The notes: generated from the letters alone by a model not told the origin. Positions 48,943-63,462 are shown, numbered from the stretch's first letter. The stretch: 64,000 nucleotides of DNA from Octopus vulgaris (GCA_951406725.2 OX597820.1:35712001-35776000), one strand, 5' to 3'. Numbers and translations: made by a program.

Positions 48943-49028
<86 letters not shown>

Positions 49029-49299
49029 CATATATGCATATATATGCATACATACATATATGCATACATACATATATGCATACATACATACATACATACA
49101 TACATACATACATACATACATACATACATACATACATACATACATACATACATACATACATACGTATAGGAAAGGAAAATACATGGAACAATTATTTACG
49201 TCATATACTCGTATATATAAGTGTCTGTGCGTATTAGATATCTGTACACACATATTTCACACCGACACACATCTGTGTGTGTATATACCTGTGTATGCA

Positions 49300-49331
<32 letters not shown>

Positions 49332-50269
49332 CATACATACATATATTATAGATATATATGCATACATATAAGTACAATAGAACAATAAACAATATACATC
49401 GTGTACAATACTTACAATATACAATGTAAACACCACACAATATACACAGTATGCAATACATACTGGATACAATATACACATTATACTTGAAGACTTGAAG
49501 GCTTTAATGCCAATGAGTACGTATGTTTACTGCTAGATTGCTCTTATGACGTGAGTTTTGCGTCTGTGAATGTGCGTGCGTGTGCATGTGTGCGTGAGTA
49601 TATAAGCGTGTGTGTGCCTGTGCGAGTGTGTATGTGTGTTTTATATTGAAAGCAGGATCTTGATCTGCTTTTTGTTTCATTTCATCAGTTCCTATATATT
49701 TCTATTGTTTAATGTAGCGATGTTTCAAATTTCATCTTCAGTATTAACTATACTTTCACAAACTCATGTTCAGGATGCACTGAAGCTGTCGCACAATACT
49801 TGCTCGCTATAAGGAGCATAACCAGTTTGATTATTGTAGACATTGCAGCCAGGATTTGAATATTTTACCGTTACATTTTTTGTCATCAGTTTTATATTCA
49901 CTTTTGTTCGCTGCTGGTATATTATTTTTATGTTTATTTTAACAATGTGCCGTGTTATGAATATTGTTTCCATCATTAATTGTTTTCTTATGAAAATTTT
50001 TTTAAGAATCTATGTGTCTTTTTACTAATGAGTTATCAGTATTGCTTCAATCATTAATCGTCACTTTTGTAAGATGTTTTGTAAAGTATACGTTTTTTAT
50101 TTACTAATTTATATAAACCTTGCTTCTATAATTAATTATCTGTTTTCTAATTAAAATTCTGTAAAGTGTCGATGTGTTGTCTACTAATGCTTTATCAGTA
50201 TTGCTTCTTTCATGAACTCTCATTTTCAGTGGGAGATTTTGTAAAGTATACATGTGTTCTTTTATCTTT

Positions 50270-51440
50270 TCCCTTGTATTGGTTTCAGCCAGAAGCTGGG
50301 ACCAAGCTGGAGAATTGCCTTTTCTGTACTGTTTCAAGTGAAGCAACGAGTTGGACGGAACTAATCTTCTTTGTACTTGCTGCTGCGACGTGGCTTCATC
50401 TGGTACCTCAGATAAAAAAAATTGTCCAGATGCGCTTTAAAGACCTCTGCACTTACGCCTCGCCAATCTCTGAGGTTGTTTGTCAGAATGATGAATAGTT
50501 ATGGACCCTTGAAACCTAAGCTTTTGCAGTACTGAGCCCTTCTATTCTAGATGGAGGAGATAGGATTTTTGGTACTATGTAGTACCGTGCAGTTCGGTGG
50601 TTGGTATAGCTTTCCGTTCCAAAGTTGGGAGCTAGACTTTCCCGGATCTTCCACATATATATATCACTGCACATCTTTCACACCTCTCTAGGGAGTAATG
50701 CTTCAGTTCCTTTAGCTTCTCTCAGTAGCTCATCTGTTTCACCGGATCAATTATGTATGCGTTGGGTCGCTGGATTGCCTCAAGTTCCACCACCAATTTG
50801 ACGGTCTGTGTTGACCACAGTTGGAAGCAGTAATCAAGATGACTTAAAACGAAAATTCTCCATAGCAGTAGCATGGTATCCTTTTTACTATTTCTTTACT
50901 ACTCACAAGGGGCTAAACACAGAGGGGACAAACGGATTAAGTCGATTATATTGACCCCAGTGCGTAACTGGTACTTATTTAATCGACCCCGAAAGGATGA
51001 AAGGCAAAGTCGACCTCGGCGGAATTTGAACTCAGAACGTAACCGCAGACGAAATACTGCTAAGCATTTCGCCCGGCGTGCTAACGATTCTACCAGCTCG
51101 CCGCCTTATCCTTTTTACTGATTCTGAATGATCCCAGAATCCATCTAGCAACTCGCCTGCGCAGTGTTGCCATCTTGGAATATTGTATCATTACGTATGT
51201 GGATTACCAGGTCACGCATGTGAATTGCCAAGTCACGCACCGCTGGCCCTGTGTATCCGATTGTAGTCTGTCTATGGGCCGAGAGATGTTATTTTCACCA
51301 GTCCTTTTATATATCGCATTGAAGTCGTTTTGCAGTTTTAATACGTCAATAGGGTCTTTGATCGTCTGTGATATCTTTGTATCATCACTGAAGGCGGTGA
51401 GAGTGGCTGACTGCATAGCTAAGGGCATGTCTGAGAGAGC
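50270..51440 (-). mobile_element. Older decayed CR1/L2-group LINE 3' fragment, same group as 23325-24612
   Basis: AFSDDTKISQ..LQNDF, HLDYCFQLWS, AVIYMWKI, GFKGP and DEATS..SNSL, with multiple stops. Confidence 0.8.
50890..51106 (-). mobile_element. SINE family B (monomer) with a 13-bp TSD, inserted in the LINE
   Basis: TSD tatcctttttact at 50877-50889 and 51107-51119. Confidence 0.9.
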
Positions 51441-51745
51441 GTATACGTTTACTAATGTTTTAAAAGCATTGTTTCTATAATTAATCATCTGTTTTCTGCT
51501 GGAAATTCCGTAAAGTATCGATGTGTTGTTTACAAATATTTTATCAGTATTGTTCAATCATTAATTGCCTGTTCTCTGGGGAATTTCCGTAAAGTAAAAA
51601 TGTTCAGTTCTCTTGTGATTTCCTGTTAAATTTTGCTTATTCAAAGAGTTTTCAAAGACGTTTAAGGTAAGTGGTGAACTAGGCAATATCTCCAGCTTAG
51701 ATATACAACATTTGTTAAGCAAATTTTCGAGTGCAGAATTTCTGC

Positions 51746-51962
51746 TTTGGTTTGCAACAGTGGATCTCGAAGCATACACCAAGCTATGGATAATAGTAAG
51801 TAAATATTGAGTTGGAAATCTCATTTGAATAGAAATAATCGAAGGCTGCTCGTGGGACCGACATCCCCTTTCACTTATTCTATCCTAAAATGTTTTCCAA
51901 CTCAATATTTGCAAGCTTTTATTTATAGCTTTATGCGTGCTTCGAGGTACACTGTTCCAAAA
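51746..51962. repeat. Imperfect ~215-bp palindrome
   Basis: aacagtggatctcgaagcatac..aaatattgagttggaaa pairs with tttccaactcaatattt..gcgtgcttcgaggtacactgtt. Confidence 0.65.
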
Positions 51963-52377
51963 TGTGAGTTATTTCACGATCTCCTGAAAGTTTATAAATT
52001 CTCATGACGTCAACATCTATACACACAGACACATTTACGTATCATATATATGCATATGTGTGTCTGTGTGTACGTACGTACATACGTATGTATGTATGTA
52101 TGTATGCATGTATGTATGTTTGTATGTATGTATGCATGTATATTCAATGAGGACAAGCAATATTACTCACAAAACTTTGAGGGTTGTAACCCAGATGAAT
52201 AAATCATTTGTTTATTATAACTTCGGCTTCAAACACGAGATTCGTGTTGTTCTGGCTCTCAGTTACGTAAAACCGTTGTGGTCACGTGGAATATTGTTTA
52301 TACGAAAACGTGTAACAACTAACGGTAAACGATAAAGATTATAATAACTATTATATATATATATACATACATACATA

Positions 52378-52564
<187 letters not shown>

Positions 52565-53065
52565 TAGGGAGGGCAGGAAATTTATGCGAAGTTGCGAAGA
52601 ATTACGGCTTCATGAAATCCCGTGCACTGCATCCCACCTGTTTGGCAAGTTTTGAGAAAAGACATAAATCGTGATTTTGAGGAATAAGTGAGCAAGAAGA
52701 AACATTCGTATTTATAGAAGCATCTGTTCTCATCTCTGATATCCATTACATACAGTAATGGATGTTTCCTTCGTCCATATATCTATATACATATATATAT
52801 ATATAATAACTGTATATAATATATGCCATATATATATATATTTGTGTATATATATATATATGTTGTTATATTTGAGAAGAGTCGAGTCATAATTAATAAC
52901 GCCTATAAACACACAGATTGTTGTTGATGTTGCTGTCACTGTTGCTGCTGCTGCTGCTGCTGCTTCTGCTTGTTTTAGTATATATTACACTTTTTTGTAT
53001 ATATTCTCAAAGTATTTGATGTTTATTTATGTCCCCGAAAATATATTTTGCTACACAAATCTGTA

Positions 53066-53107
<42 letters not shown>

Positions 53108-53200
53108 ATACACACACACACACACAAACACACACACATACACAGAGTCACACACATATGCATGTATATGTATTTATACTTGTGTATATATACATATACG

Positions 53201-53276
<76 letters not shown>

Positions 53277-53980
53277 CAGACAGATAGATAGGAATAGACA
53301 GTTAGACAGATGGTCAGACAGGCAGGCTGGCATATAGAGCCAGAGTGAGAGTTAGAAACATTATGTACGTACATACATACGCGTACACACACGTACATAA
53401 AAATATATGCTGGCAAGGTATGGCCAAATGTTTAAGAAGTTCGCATCACAATGAATGAGATCTCGGTTTCTATTCTTCTGCATGGCGTTTTGAGTAACTG
53501 TCGTTTTCTATAGCCTCGAATCAATCCGTAGCTTGTCAGCGAAACTGCATGGTTGGAAACTACCTAGAATTCTGCTGGATAGAGTGTGCTCAAAGCTTGA
53601 AGTTGTCACACCACAACACTGATTCCATGTGAGAATTCCATTAAGGGTAAAATGTCTGTGGAATACGTAGTCACTTCAGACAATAAATCAATAAACGTAG
53701 TAATTTAATTATCCATAGAATTATAAACTCAATCGGAAATTCTAACCGAAATCTTCCTACAAAATGCAGTCTCTATTACCAACTCGTTTAATTTATCTTG
53801 AAACGAAGATAATTTCACTAAATCAATAATTTATCTTGTGTAGTATTTCTTGAGGGTAAAAAGAGAAAAACAAAAAATAAATTTTACCTAAACTTCATAA
53901 TTTGACTGTGTTCAACAGCCGTTTCAATGGCATAAAACATCACTATTTATATAAGTACGAGTAACTATATACATATATAC

Positions 53981-56303
53981 TGCCCCTAGAGAGGACACTC
54001 CAGAGTCGCGATTCGCGATGGAACAACATGGAAACAGTAGTTACCGGCAATAAGTCTTCGCTCAGTTGACGTAGAACTAGGCGCCAGTGGCAGTTTTCGA
54101 CGGTGGGAGGGACCTCAATATCTTACTGGATAGCTATCGCCCGCCTCAAGCTGGGCAGTCCCCAACCAAATAGGTCCTGTCTCGTCACAGTCTGTCTGCC
54201 CTACAGGGTGTGTAGGATTCAGGAATATATATGTTCTGAAACATATACTGCAAACTTTGCACCAAACAAAAACGAAAAATCGAAAAACAGGAAGCCAGTC
54301 CTTAAACTAGGTTACTGGAATATTCGGATTCTATTTCCGGGATTGTCCGACGACTATCAAGAAATCGACACCGCACGCAAAACAGCCACCATCAACAACG
54401 AACTACTGAAGCTCCAAGTGGACATAGCGGCTCTTCAGGAAACGCGCCTGTCGGAGAGAGGAACTTTACGCGAGCAAGATTATATATTCTTCTGGCAAGG
54501 GAAAAGCAATGGGGATGTTAGAGAACATGGAGTTAGGTTTGCAGTGAAAAACTCACTTCTGAAAATAGTGGAACTCTATGATGAAGGAACAGAGAGGATG
54601 CTATATCTTCGACCGCACACGTCGGACGGACCGGCCACCTTGGTCAATGCTTACGCACCTATCTTATACTCCAATCAGGACTTGAAAGACGAGTTATACA
54701 GCCAATTGTCATCGAAGAGAAACCCTGATACTTCTAGGAGATTTCAATGCTAGAGTGGGTGCCCAATCTACATCTTGGCCGGCTTGTCTAGGAAAGCACG
54801 GTATCAGGAAGATGAATGAAAATGGACAGCGCTTGCTGGAACTATGCACACTCCATGGATTGTGTGTAACTAACACATATTTCTAACTGAAACAGCAGTA
54901 CAAAGTATCGTGGATGAACCCACGTTCCAAACATTAGCACCAGCTGGACCTAATACTTACAAGACAGTATCATATGCGGAACGTGCTCATCCCCCGCTCC
55001 TTCCAGTGTGCTGAATGTGAAACGGGCCACTCTCTGATTTGCTGCAAGATCAAACTCCTCCCCCAAATCCTTCATTACGCCAGACCTGCTGGTAGGCAGC
55101 ACATCGACGCCAATCTGACAAAACAATCAGGCAAAGTCGCTGAATTCAGCAAAATCTTCAAACAGTCTAACACAGCTATCCCACCTGTCATGCTGAAGTA
55201 TACATTTCGTACGCAAAACGTCGGCGTTTGCCTCCACATAACTTTGGATGGTAAACTATTCAATCTGTCAAAGCTCAATACGAAGACCAAAATCCGCAGG
55301 GTTTACGTCTGAGAGATGCTGTTTGCCGTCAACGCGACTCTAGTAGCTCATTCAGAACTGCAACTTCAAACAATGATGGACAATCTCAACCGGGCGTGCT
55401 GTGCCTTCAGCTTAACAATCAACCAACAGAAGGCCAAGGTAATGGGCCAAGGCGTCACGGTTCCTCCACCCCATCATTACCATCGATAACCACTCACTCG
55501 ATGTGGTCCGTAAGTTTACGTACTTTGGCTCAACAAATACGGATGGCCTCACACTCGACCAAGAACTGAACAGGAGAATCGGGTTAGCAGCATTGACCTT
55601 CGCCAAATTAGCTCGAAAAGTGTGGTTAAACGGCAAGCTGATGAGATCCACCGAATTCACAGTCTATAAAGTATGTGTCCTCAGCACCTTGCTATATGGT
55701 GGTGGGACCTGATGCTTTTACGCCAGACAAGAACGCTGCCTGAATGCTTTTCATCTGCGCAACTTTCGGAATATTCTTGGGGGTCAAGTGGAACGATCAC
55801 ATCACCAACAACTAGATACTTACCCGTTCCCAGCTATTAACTACTTTCATGCTACTTCGGTAATGCCATCTCCGCTAGCTGGGACACGTGTACCGGATGC
55901 CTGGTGGAAGGTTACCGAAAGATATACTGTATGGGGAGCTAGCCTCCGACAGACATGCTCGCGGACGACCACACCTCCGTTTAGGGATGAGTGCAAACAT
56001 GACATGAAGGCCATGAGTATGAATACCAAAACCTGGGAAAACATGGCAAAGGACCGTTCCTGCTGAAGACAGACGCTGAGTACCGCCCTGATGGTAGAAG
56101 ATCACATACGTCAGGCAGCAGAGAACAGACAGAGACGCAGGAAGACCGAATCACCAACAAACGACCAACCGACCAACCATATTTGCGACCGTTGCAGCCA
56201 TGTCTGTTACTCACGTATTGGCTTTGACAGTCACAAGCGATGCTGCAACACCAAGCCAATCGAAGACGAAGATCCATAATCTTTCGAGACTAACGGATAT
56301 CAA
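53981..56303 (+). mobile_element. Decayed RTE-clade LINE with an internal deletion (5' UTR, APE endonuclease, RT C-terminus, C2H2 finger)
   Basis: LKLGYWNIR, DIAALQETRL, FFWQGK..EHGV.FAV, VNAYAP, GDFNARVG, NENGQRLLELC; jump near 55175 to GKLFNLSKL; FTYFGST, LSTLLYG, CDRCSHVCYSRIGFDSH; tail ccataatctttcgagactaacgga. Confidence 0.9.
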
Positions 56304-56401
<98 letters not shown>

Positions 56402-56456
56402 CATATCGCTGGCCACTGGTATAATCATTTTAATGATTATATCCTCAATTTATACA

Positions 56457-56555
<99 letters not shown>

Positions 56556-56969
56556 GCGCGCACGCATGCTCACATACATATATATGTGCAAGTTCTATCC
56601 TAGAATCACGACCCATTCATTGGATATGCACAACATTATGTTCTTGCTTGCAAACTGAAGTTGGTAGCCAATCAGCTGTCCTGGAATTGAAACAAGATTC
56701 TCATGAACGCGAAAGGAATTTCTCAACATAGTGATACTTTACTCGGTAATTTACAGTGATTGGCGGTTTTGATTTTCCCAGGACCAGGAATTTCTCCCGG
56801 AACTGCTTTGTCAATCCAGAGCATTGAATGGTAAACCCATAATTTGAGTTCTACTTTAAAATACACTTGAAACACTTTAACTATTTTTGTCTATCAAGAT
56901 TGTAACATTGCGCTTAAATTGTTTAAGACTTAGTTTAAATAGTTTAAAGATTAGTATTTCGTAATATAG

Positions 56970-57340
56970 AAGGCGGCGAGCTGGTAGAAACGTTAGCATG
57001 CCGGGCGAAATGCGTAGCTGTATTTCGCCTGCCGTTACGTTCTGAGTTCAAATTCCACCGAGGTCGACTTTGCCTTTCATCTTTTCGGGGTCGATGAAAT
57101 CGACTTAATCCGTTTGTCTGTCCTTGTTTGTCCTCTCAGTGTTTAGCCCCTGTGGCTAGTAAAGAAATAGGTATTTCGTCTGTCTTTATGTTCTGAGTTC
57201 AAATTCTGCCGAGGTCGACTTTACCTTTTATCCTTTCGGGGGTCGATAACTTAAGTACCAGTTGCATACTGGGTTCGATCTAATCGACTGGTCCCCTCCC
57301 CCGAAATTTCGGGTCTTGTGCCAAGAGCAGAAAAGAATAG
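56970..57340 (+). mobile_element. SINE family B (dimeric)
   Basis: Homologous to 10860-11260. Confidence 0.88.
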
Positions 57341-57433
57341 ACTGTTACTATAACTTATCGTTCCCGAAAGGATAAAAAGCAAAACTGACCTCGGCGGGAT
57401 ATGAACTTAGAACATCAAAAGCCAGCATAAATA

Positions 57434-57605
57434 TCGATATCAACTTTTGACACAAAGGCAGCAAATTTCAAGATTTACATCGAACTATTACTTATTTTAT
57501 CGACCCTGGAAAGATGACACCGAAAGTAGATCCGGCGTAAAGACGTATAAAATGTCGCTAAGCGTTTTGCCCAGCGTGCTAACAATTCTGCCAGTTCGCC
57601 GCCTT
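57434..57605 (-). mobile_element. Diverged SINE-B with a 16-bp TSD, nested in another diverged SINE-B
   Basis: TSD aaagccagcataaata at ~57417-57432 and 57606-57621. Confidence 0.75.
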
Positions 57606-57694
57606 AAAGCCAGCATAAATAATAACTAAGTATTTCTTTTCCCCCAGAACCCTAACGATTCAGCCCACTCACTTCTTTAGTATGCAAAAATATT

Positions 57695-58084
57695 CTTTTC
57701 TACTCTAGCCACAAGCACCGAAATTTGAGGGGAGGGGTCAGTCGATTAGATCGATCCCAGTACGCAACAGGTACTTAATTCATCAACCCCGAAAGGATGA
57801 AAGGCAAAGTCGACCTCCGAGGTATTTGAACTCAGAACGTAAAGACAGACGAAATACCTATTTCTTTACTACCCACAAACACGGAGAGGACAAACAAGGA
57901 CAGACAAACGGATTAAGTCGATTACATCGACTCCAGTGCGTAACTGGTACTTAATTTATCGACCCCGAAAGAATGAAAGGCAAAGTCGACCTCGGTGGAA
58001 TTTGAACTCAGAACGTAGCGGCAGACGAAATACCTGCTAAGCATTTCGCCCGGTGTGCTAACGTTTCTGCCAGCTCGCCGCCTA
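57695..58084 (-). mobile_element. SINE family B (dimeric) with a 16-bp TSD
   Basis: TSD agtatgcaaaaatatt at 57679-57694 and 58085-58100. Confidence 0.9.
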
Positions 58085-58352
58085 AGTATGCAAAAATATT
58101 GCAATATGCTACTGTATGGGTGCACATAATTGTGCAAATATGCATGTGTGGGCACGTTTGACTTGTGTAAACATTTGAACAGACATACATGTGTACACAT
58201 CTGAGTAGAAGTACGTGTACTTTTGCGTATACACATGTGCATATCTATATGCTTTTTGAGTATATACGTTTGTACACACAGTACTATACATATGTTTGAA
58301 CTTTTGAGTATAGATGTGTGTACATAAATTTGACTATATAAATATATGCACT

Positions 58353-58437
<85 letters not shown>

Positions 58438-58629
58438 AGTTAATCCAAACAAGAAAGCACAAAACAAAAACACAACAACGCGAGGACGTGGAACAAATAT
58501 AGTATTATTGGACGGTCAGGAAAGAAGGAAAGAAGGAGGATTTAACGTTTCGAGCGGAGCTCTTCGTCGGAAACATAGGAGAAGGAAAGATCCAGAGAAG
58601 GGAAGACAGAGGAAAAAAATCGCCAACCA

Positions 58630-58630
<1 letters not shown>
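58438..58630 (-). mobile_element. PLE pLTR-type fragment with the U4C hammerhead (58540-58574), between (GATA)n tracts
   Basis: Reverse-complement homologue of 2555-2739. Confidence 0.75.
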
Positions 58631-58718
<88 letters not shown>

Positions 58719-59114
58719 GTTATGTAATTGGTGGGGCAGTTCCTCCAACAACTGCCAATAAAAAATGATAATTTCAAAATTTTGACACCTAAAAATATCG
58801 TCCCCCACCCACCAGACTGTTGCAAAAAATATCCACTTTCTTATGGGTGTCATTGGAAACCTTATGCAGCTGTAAGCTCTTCAACCATGCGGCTACCATT
58901 TTATTCTAGTACTCACCCTGAGTTTGCTTTCTGCTTTCAGTTTGGGCCTCTTTCTCATATTCCTCAGACACATCCAGGATTAAGTATTTTTTTCTGCTTC
59001 CTTCTCCAGTTCACCAATCACTGCTCTGCTATATTTATTAATTCCAATGGCAAACAACCAGGATGTTTCGTGGATCTTGCTGCAAACCGGTTACATGGAC
59101 TTCCATCATCATCG

Positions 59115-59172
<58 letters not shown>

Positions 59173-59184
59173 ATGTATATATAT

Positions 59185-59254
<70 letters not shown>

Positions 59255-59329
59255 GATAGATAGATATAGATATAGATATATATACATACATGTATATATA
59301 TATATATATATATTTGTTTCAGTCATTTG

Positions 59330-59500
59330 ATTGCGGCCATGCTGGAGTACCGCTTTTTTTTAGTCGAACAAATCGACCCCAGGACCTATTCATTGTAAGT
59401 CTAGTACTTATTGTATTGATCTCTTTTACCGAGCCGTTAAGTTACGGAGACGTAAACACACCAACATTGGTTGTTAAGCAATGGGGGAAGAAACACAGAC
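59330..59500 (-). mobile_element. SINE family A tail half
   Basis: tttcagtcatttgattgcggccatgctggag..gacgtaaacacacc. Confidence 0.8.
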
Positions 59501-59542
59501 ACACGTACACACGCACACACGCACACACACACACGCACACAT

Positions 59543-59628
<86 letters not shown>

Positions 59629-59631
<3 letters not shown>

Positions 59632-59795
59632 TTCCCTCCTTGTTTCTCTCCTTGTTTTTTCTGTGTCCCTTTCTGTAGAAGGGCGAAGGCTCGAAACGTA
59701 AAAGACTTTTTCTATTCCTGAGCGTTATACTAATACATCTGTTTGTTTTGTACACCACCTGTCTTCGTCTTTTGTTTTTTTCGTAAACTCTCCCT
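59629..59795 (+). mobile_element. Neptune-related pLTR fragment between (TA)n tracts, with a hammerhead at 59669-59704
   Basis: CTTT-CTGTAGA-A-GGGC(GAAG)GCTC-GAAA-CG-T-A-AAAG; downstream ttcctgagcg..ctaatac..ccacctg.cttcgtcttttg matches the pLTR 3' end. Confidence 0.8.
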
Positions 59796-61669
59796 ATATA
59801 TAGGCTGACACGAACACTCGCATGGAGATCCACAGAGCTAACGCCAACCAACGGCGGCTACGGCCACAAAAGGGAGGCTACAACGGCAGGTAGGAAAATA
59901 GAAGGGACGAGACGAGCGAGCGGCGAGCGCAAACAGATCGGACGGCGGCACGTTCGTCGAGCAGTACCGCGCGGGAACCTCTATCATTTTCGTTCGTCGT
60001 CCGCGCGTGCGAACTCCCTGTTGCTCGGCGGGTCTGCTGCTGCTGTGCTCCGTTACGTGTCCGCCGCGCTTTCGAGCGAGCGGCCGTCGCTGCGCAACGA
60101 TGACGGTCTGGCATGGCGGAAGACGGAGGATCGAGCTGCGCGCGCTAGTCGGGCTGGAAGGAGACCAACGAAAGAAGAATTCCGTTCCTTCCCTTCCCCG
60201 GCGTTCAGGAAATGTCACCGGCTCAACGAAACCACCCAGCTGATACGACCCGAACGGTGTCGTGACGTGCTTCCTAAAACCAACGTTTGCCCCCACGTCG
60301 CTAATTTGACCAAAAACGCTATTCAAGAGCACGTATTTTCCTTATATAGCGCCTTCAGATTTATTACCCCGACAGTTTCGTTCAACCACGATATGGAGTA
60401 GGAAACATGGCTTCCTGAATTCTTCGAATCAACGCCAGCTGATTTATAGTTATTGACAAGTTAGTGGAATGTTGGTTAGAAGATGTAAACAACGATAGAG
60501 AATATATCATTGACTGATTTTTTTAAATTGTTGAAAAATAAAAGATTAAAAATAGGAAAGGAAAAAAAACGAACGAATTTATCTGCCAACTCAATATATG
60601 TTTATTTTTTATATACAACTACTGTGAATGTTTAAACATCTCGCTTAGCTCATCCTTCACCTATAATCATCACTATCAGCCTCTGTTGCCTCTCCCCCAT
60701 CTCGCCTCTCTCCACCTCTCTCCGCCTTCCCTTCACCTTTATCACCTAATTCCCTTCAAATTCATCTCACAATTGACGATTATGAAAGATAATTAACCGT
60801 AGATAATCTCCTCGCTAAATTTAGCGTATGAGTACGAAGTTAAATCTAATCGTCAATACGTGAGTCAAAAACTAAAAAAATTATATCATCAAGGAGATGG
60901 TTGGTGCAGAGGTGAGATAAAATTATTTTGTAAGCAAGGTTTCATTCTAAATAAAGAATTTAAACTATATATAAACACGCATATATATGATTTCTGTTAA
61001 TTCAATAGATAGTTTTAAAGGTCAGAAAGTTTTCATGGCATCATTTTATATGTATATATACTATCCACACTACTTTTTTAAAATCAAAACAGCCATGGCA
61101 CTTACGAGATCTTAGAATGTGTATCTGAATCAGTGTCAATGCAGGTATACACACACCACACACACACACAAATACACACCACACACATAACACACGCGCA
61201 CATACACACAAATACATACCATACACACGCACACACAAGCACACACATACATAAACCACACACATACACACCGCACTCGCGCACACACACATACACACAC
61301 CACAAACACCACACAAGCGCGCATACACACAAATACACGCCACACACACCACACACTCGTACATACATGCTCTCGAATACACACGCAAACACCGCGCACA
61401 CACAAAGAGTCACACACACACCACACACACACACACACATACAAATACACACTACACAAACTCCCACACACACACTTACATACACACCAAGCATACATAC
61501 GCACACACACACATACACACACACCACATACACGCAAAATTTCTTTCAAACTTAAACCTTTATCACATTATACCTGTTATGAGTTGCCCTATTTATCAGT
61601 TGTCCTAGATGTCAGTTGTCTCGGTTTGAGTTGTCCTGGTATCAGTTGCTCTAGAACCATATATATATA

Positions 61670-61706
<37 letters not shown>

Positions 61707-61708
<2 letters not shown>

Positions 61709-62800
61709 TTCTCGAGAGTGGCCATGGAGACGAGAATGGGCCCCAACTATGCGAACCTGTTCATTGGCTACGTTGAGGCCCAAATATTCTCACGATTCAC
61801 TGGTCACACTTCCGAACTTTACGGTCGTTATATTGATGACTGCATCGGTGTGACCTCACTTTATCGCGAACAACTAGACTCCTTCCTCTCTTTGGTCCAA
61901 GTCTTTCATTCTGCCCGCGAATTCTTCTGCACTATTTCCAACACTTCCGTCGCATTTCTCTACATTTCTCTCAGCATACACCACTCCGCTCTCACTACTT
62001 CCATCCACTATTAACACACCGACTCACACTCCTACCTTAACTTCTCCTACTCCCACCCTACCCGCACCAAGCTCTCCATCCCCTACTCCCAATTCCTCCG
62101 TCTGCGCAGGCTCTGCAGTAACAACCAAGACTTTAAGACTCAGTCTCAACTCGTGCCTCGCCACTTCATTCTTCGTGGATATCCATTCACCAACATCCAT
62201 ACAGCCCTTGCCAGGGCGCAATCTGTGGGCCGTGCCTCTGCTCCCTTTCCCTGAGCCCGCCCCACCGTTACCCGTCTCCCGTTTCCACTCTTATACCATC
62301 CCTCTAGCCTGCCCCTCCAACGCACTATTCTCCGAGCCTTCCGCGACTCCAGTCGACCTCTCCATCTCACACATTTTTCCCAACCTACCTTATCCCTCCT
62401 TCCCTAACCCCACCTCACAGCCTGGATCGTTCTCCTGCTCCTGCCCATGATGCCGTGTCTGGCCCTACCTCTCCATCACTACCATCCTCACAAGCACCCA
62501 TCATCGTTCCCATCATTTCACCGACTCCTTTACCTACACTTCCAGCAACGTCATTTACTGCATCTCCCGCTCTTTCTGCCCTTCTCTGTACATTGGTCAA
62601 ACGGGATGTCGCTTAGCTAACTGGTTCGTGGAGTACCTCCGAGACACAGACTCTGAGTTCGGATTGTCTTTGCACAGAAGTCATCCGGTCTCCCGTCTTC
62701 GTCGTGAACAGAAATTATCTTTTCCCTTCGCTCCTTTGCGCCACATGGGCTCAACTACCCTCCTTTCTTCATCTGACACTTCCTCTATTCACCTCTCTTC
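61707..62800 (+). pseudogene. 5'-truncated decayed Neptune PLE copy (RT C-terminal half to GIY-YIG) starting at (TA)n
   Basis: VAMETRMGPNYANLFIGYVEAQIF..YGRYIDD and FLRLRRLCS, homologous to 15082-16260; stops and deletions present. Confidence 0.92.
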
Positions 62801-63191
62801 ATTGATACCCACCCCGGCCCCACACCCACTCCCCACACTCTCTCGAACACCCTAACTACCACACCACCGCACCACACCACTCCACACACACTAGCACCGA
62901 CCACTTCCCAGCACTTAAACCACACACCCACACACAGTCTTCAATAGTGTTACCACACATACCACTACATGAGCAGCCACAGGTTACAGACTCACATACT
63001 TACAGAACCACACACGTCAAGGTCACTAGTCCCTATCCAAATACACACACTTGGGGGAAAAAATATGACTGAATATCCCATATCGGGGATATCCCAGAAA
63101 CAACTAAGATTTTGAATATTTTTTCCTGTAATATTATTGTATATGACTTGAGATATTTGGCTTACCTTAATATTTGACGTCCTGTTTAACA

Positions 63192-63383
<192 letters not shown>

Positions 63384-63462
63384 GGTCCCGGGTTGAGTCG
63401 GGGTTAACCACAGTAAATAAGGTACTCAATACATAGCAGAGTAAATTAATTTATTTTATAGA

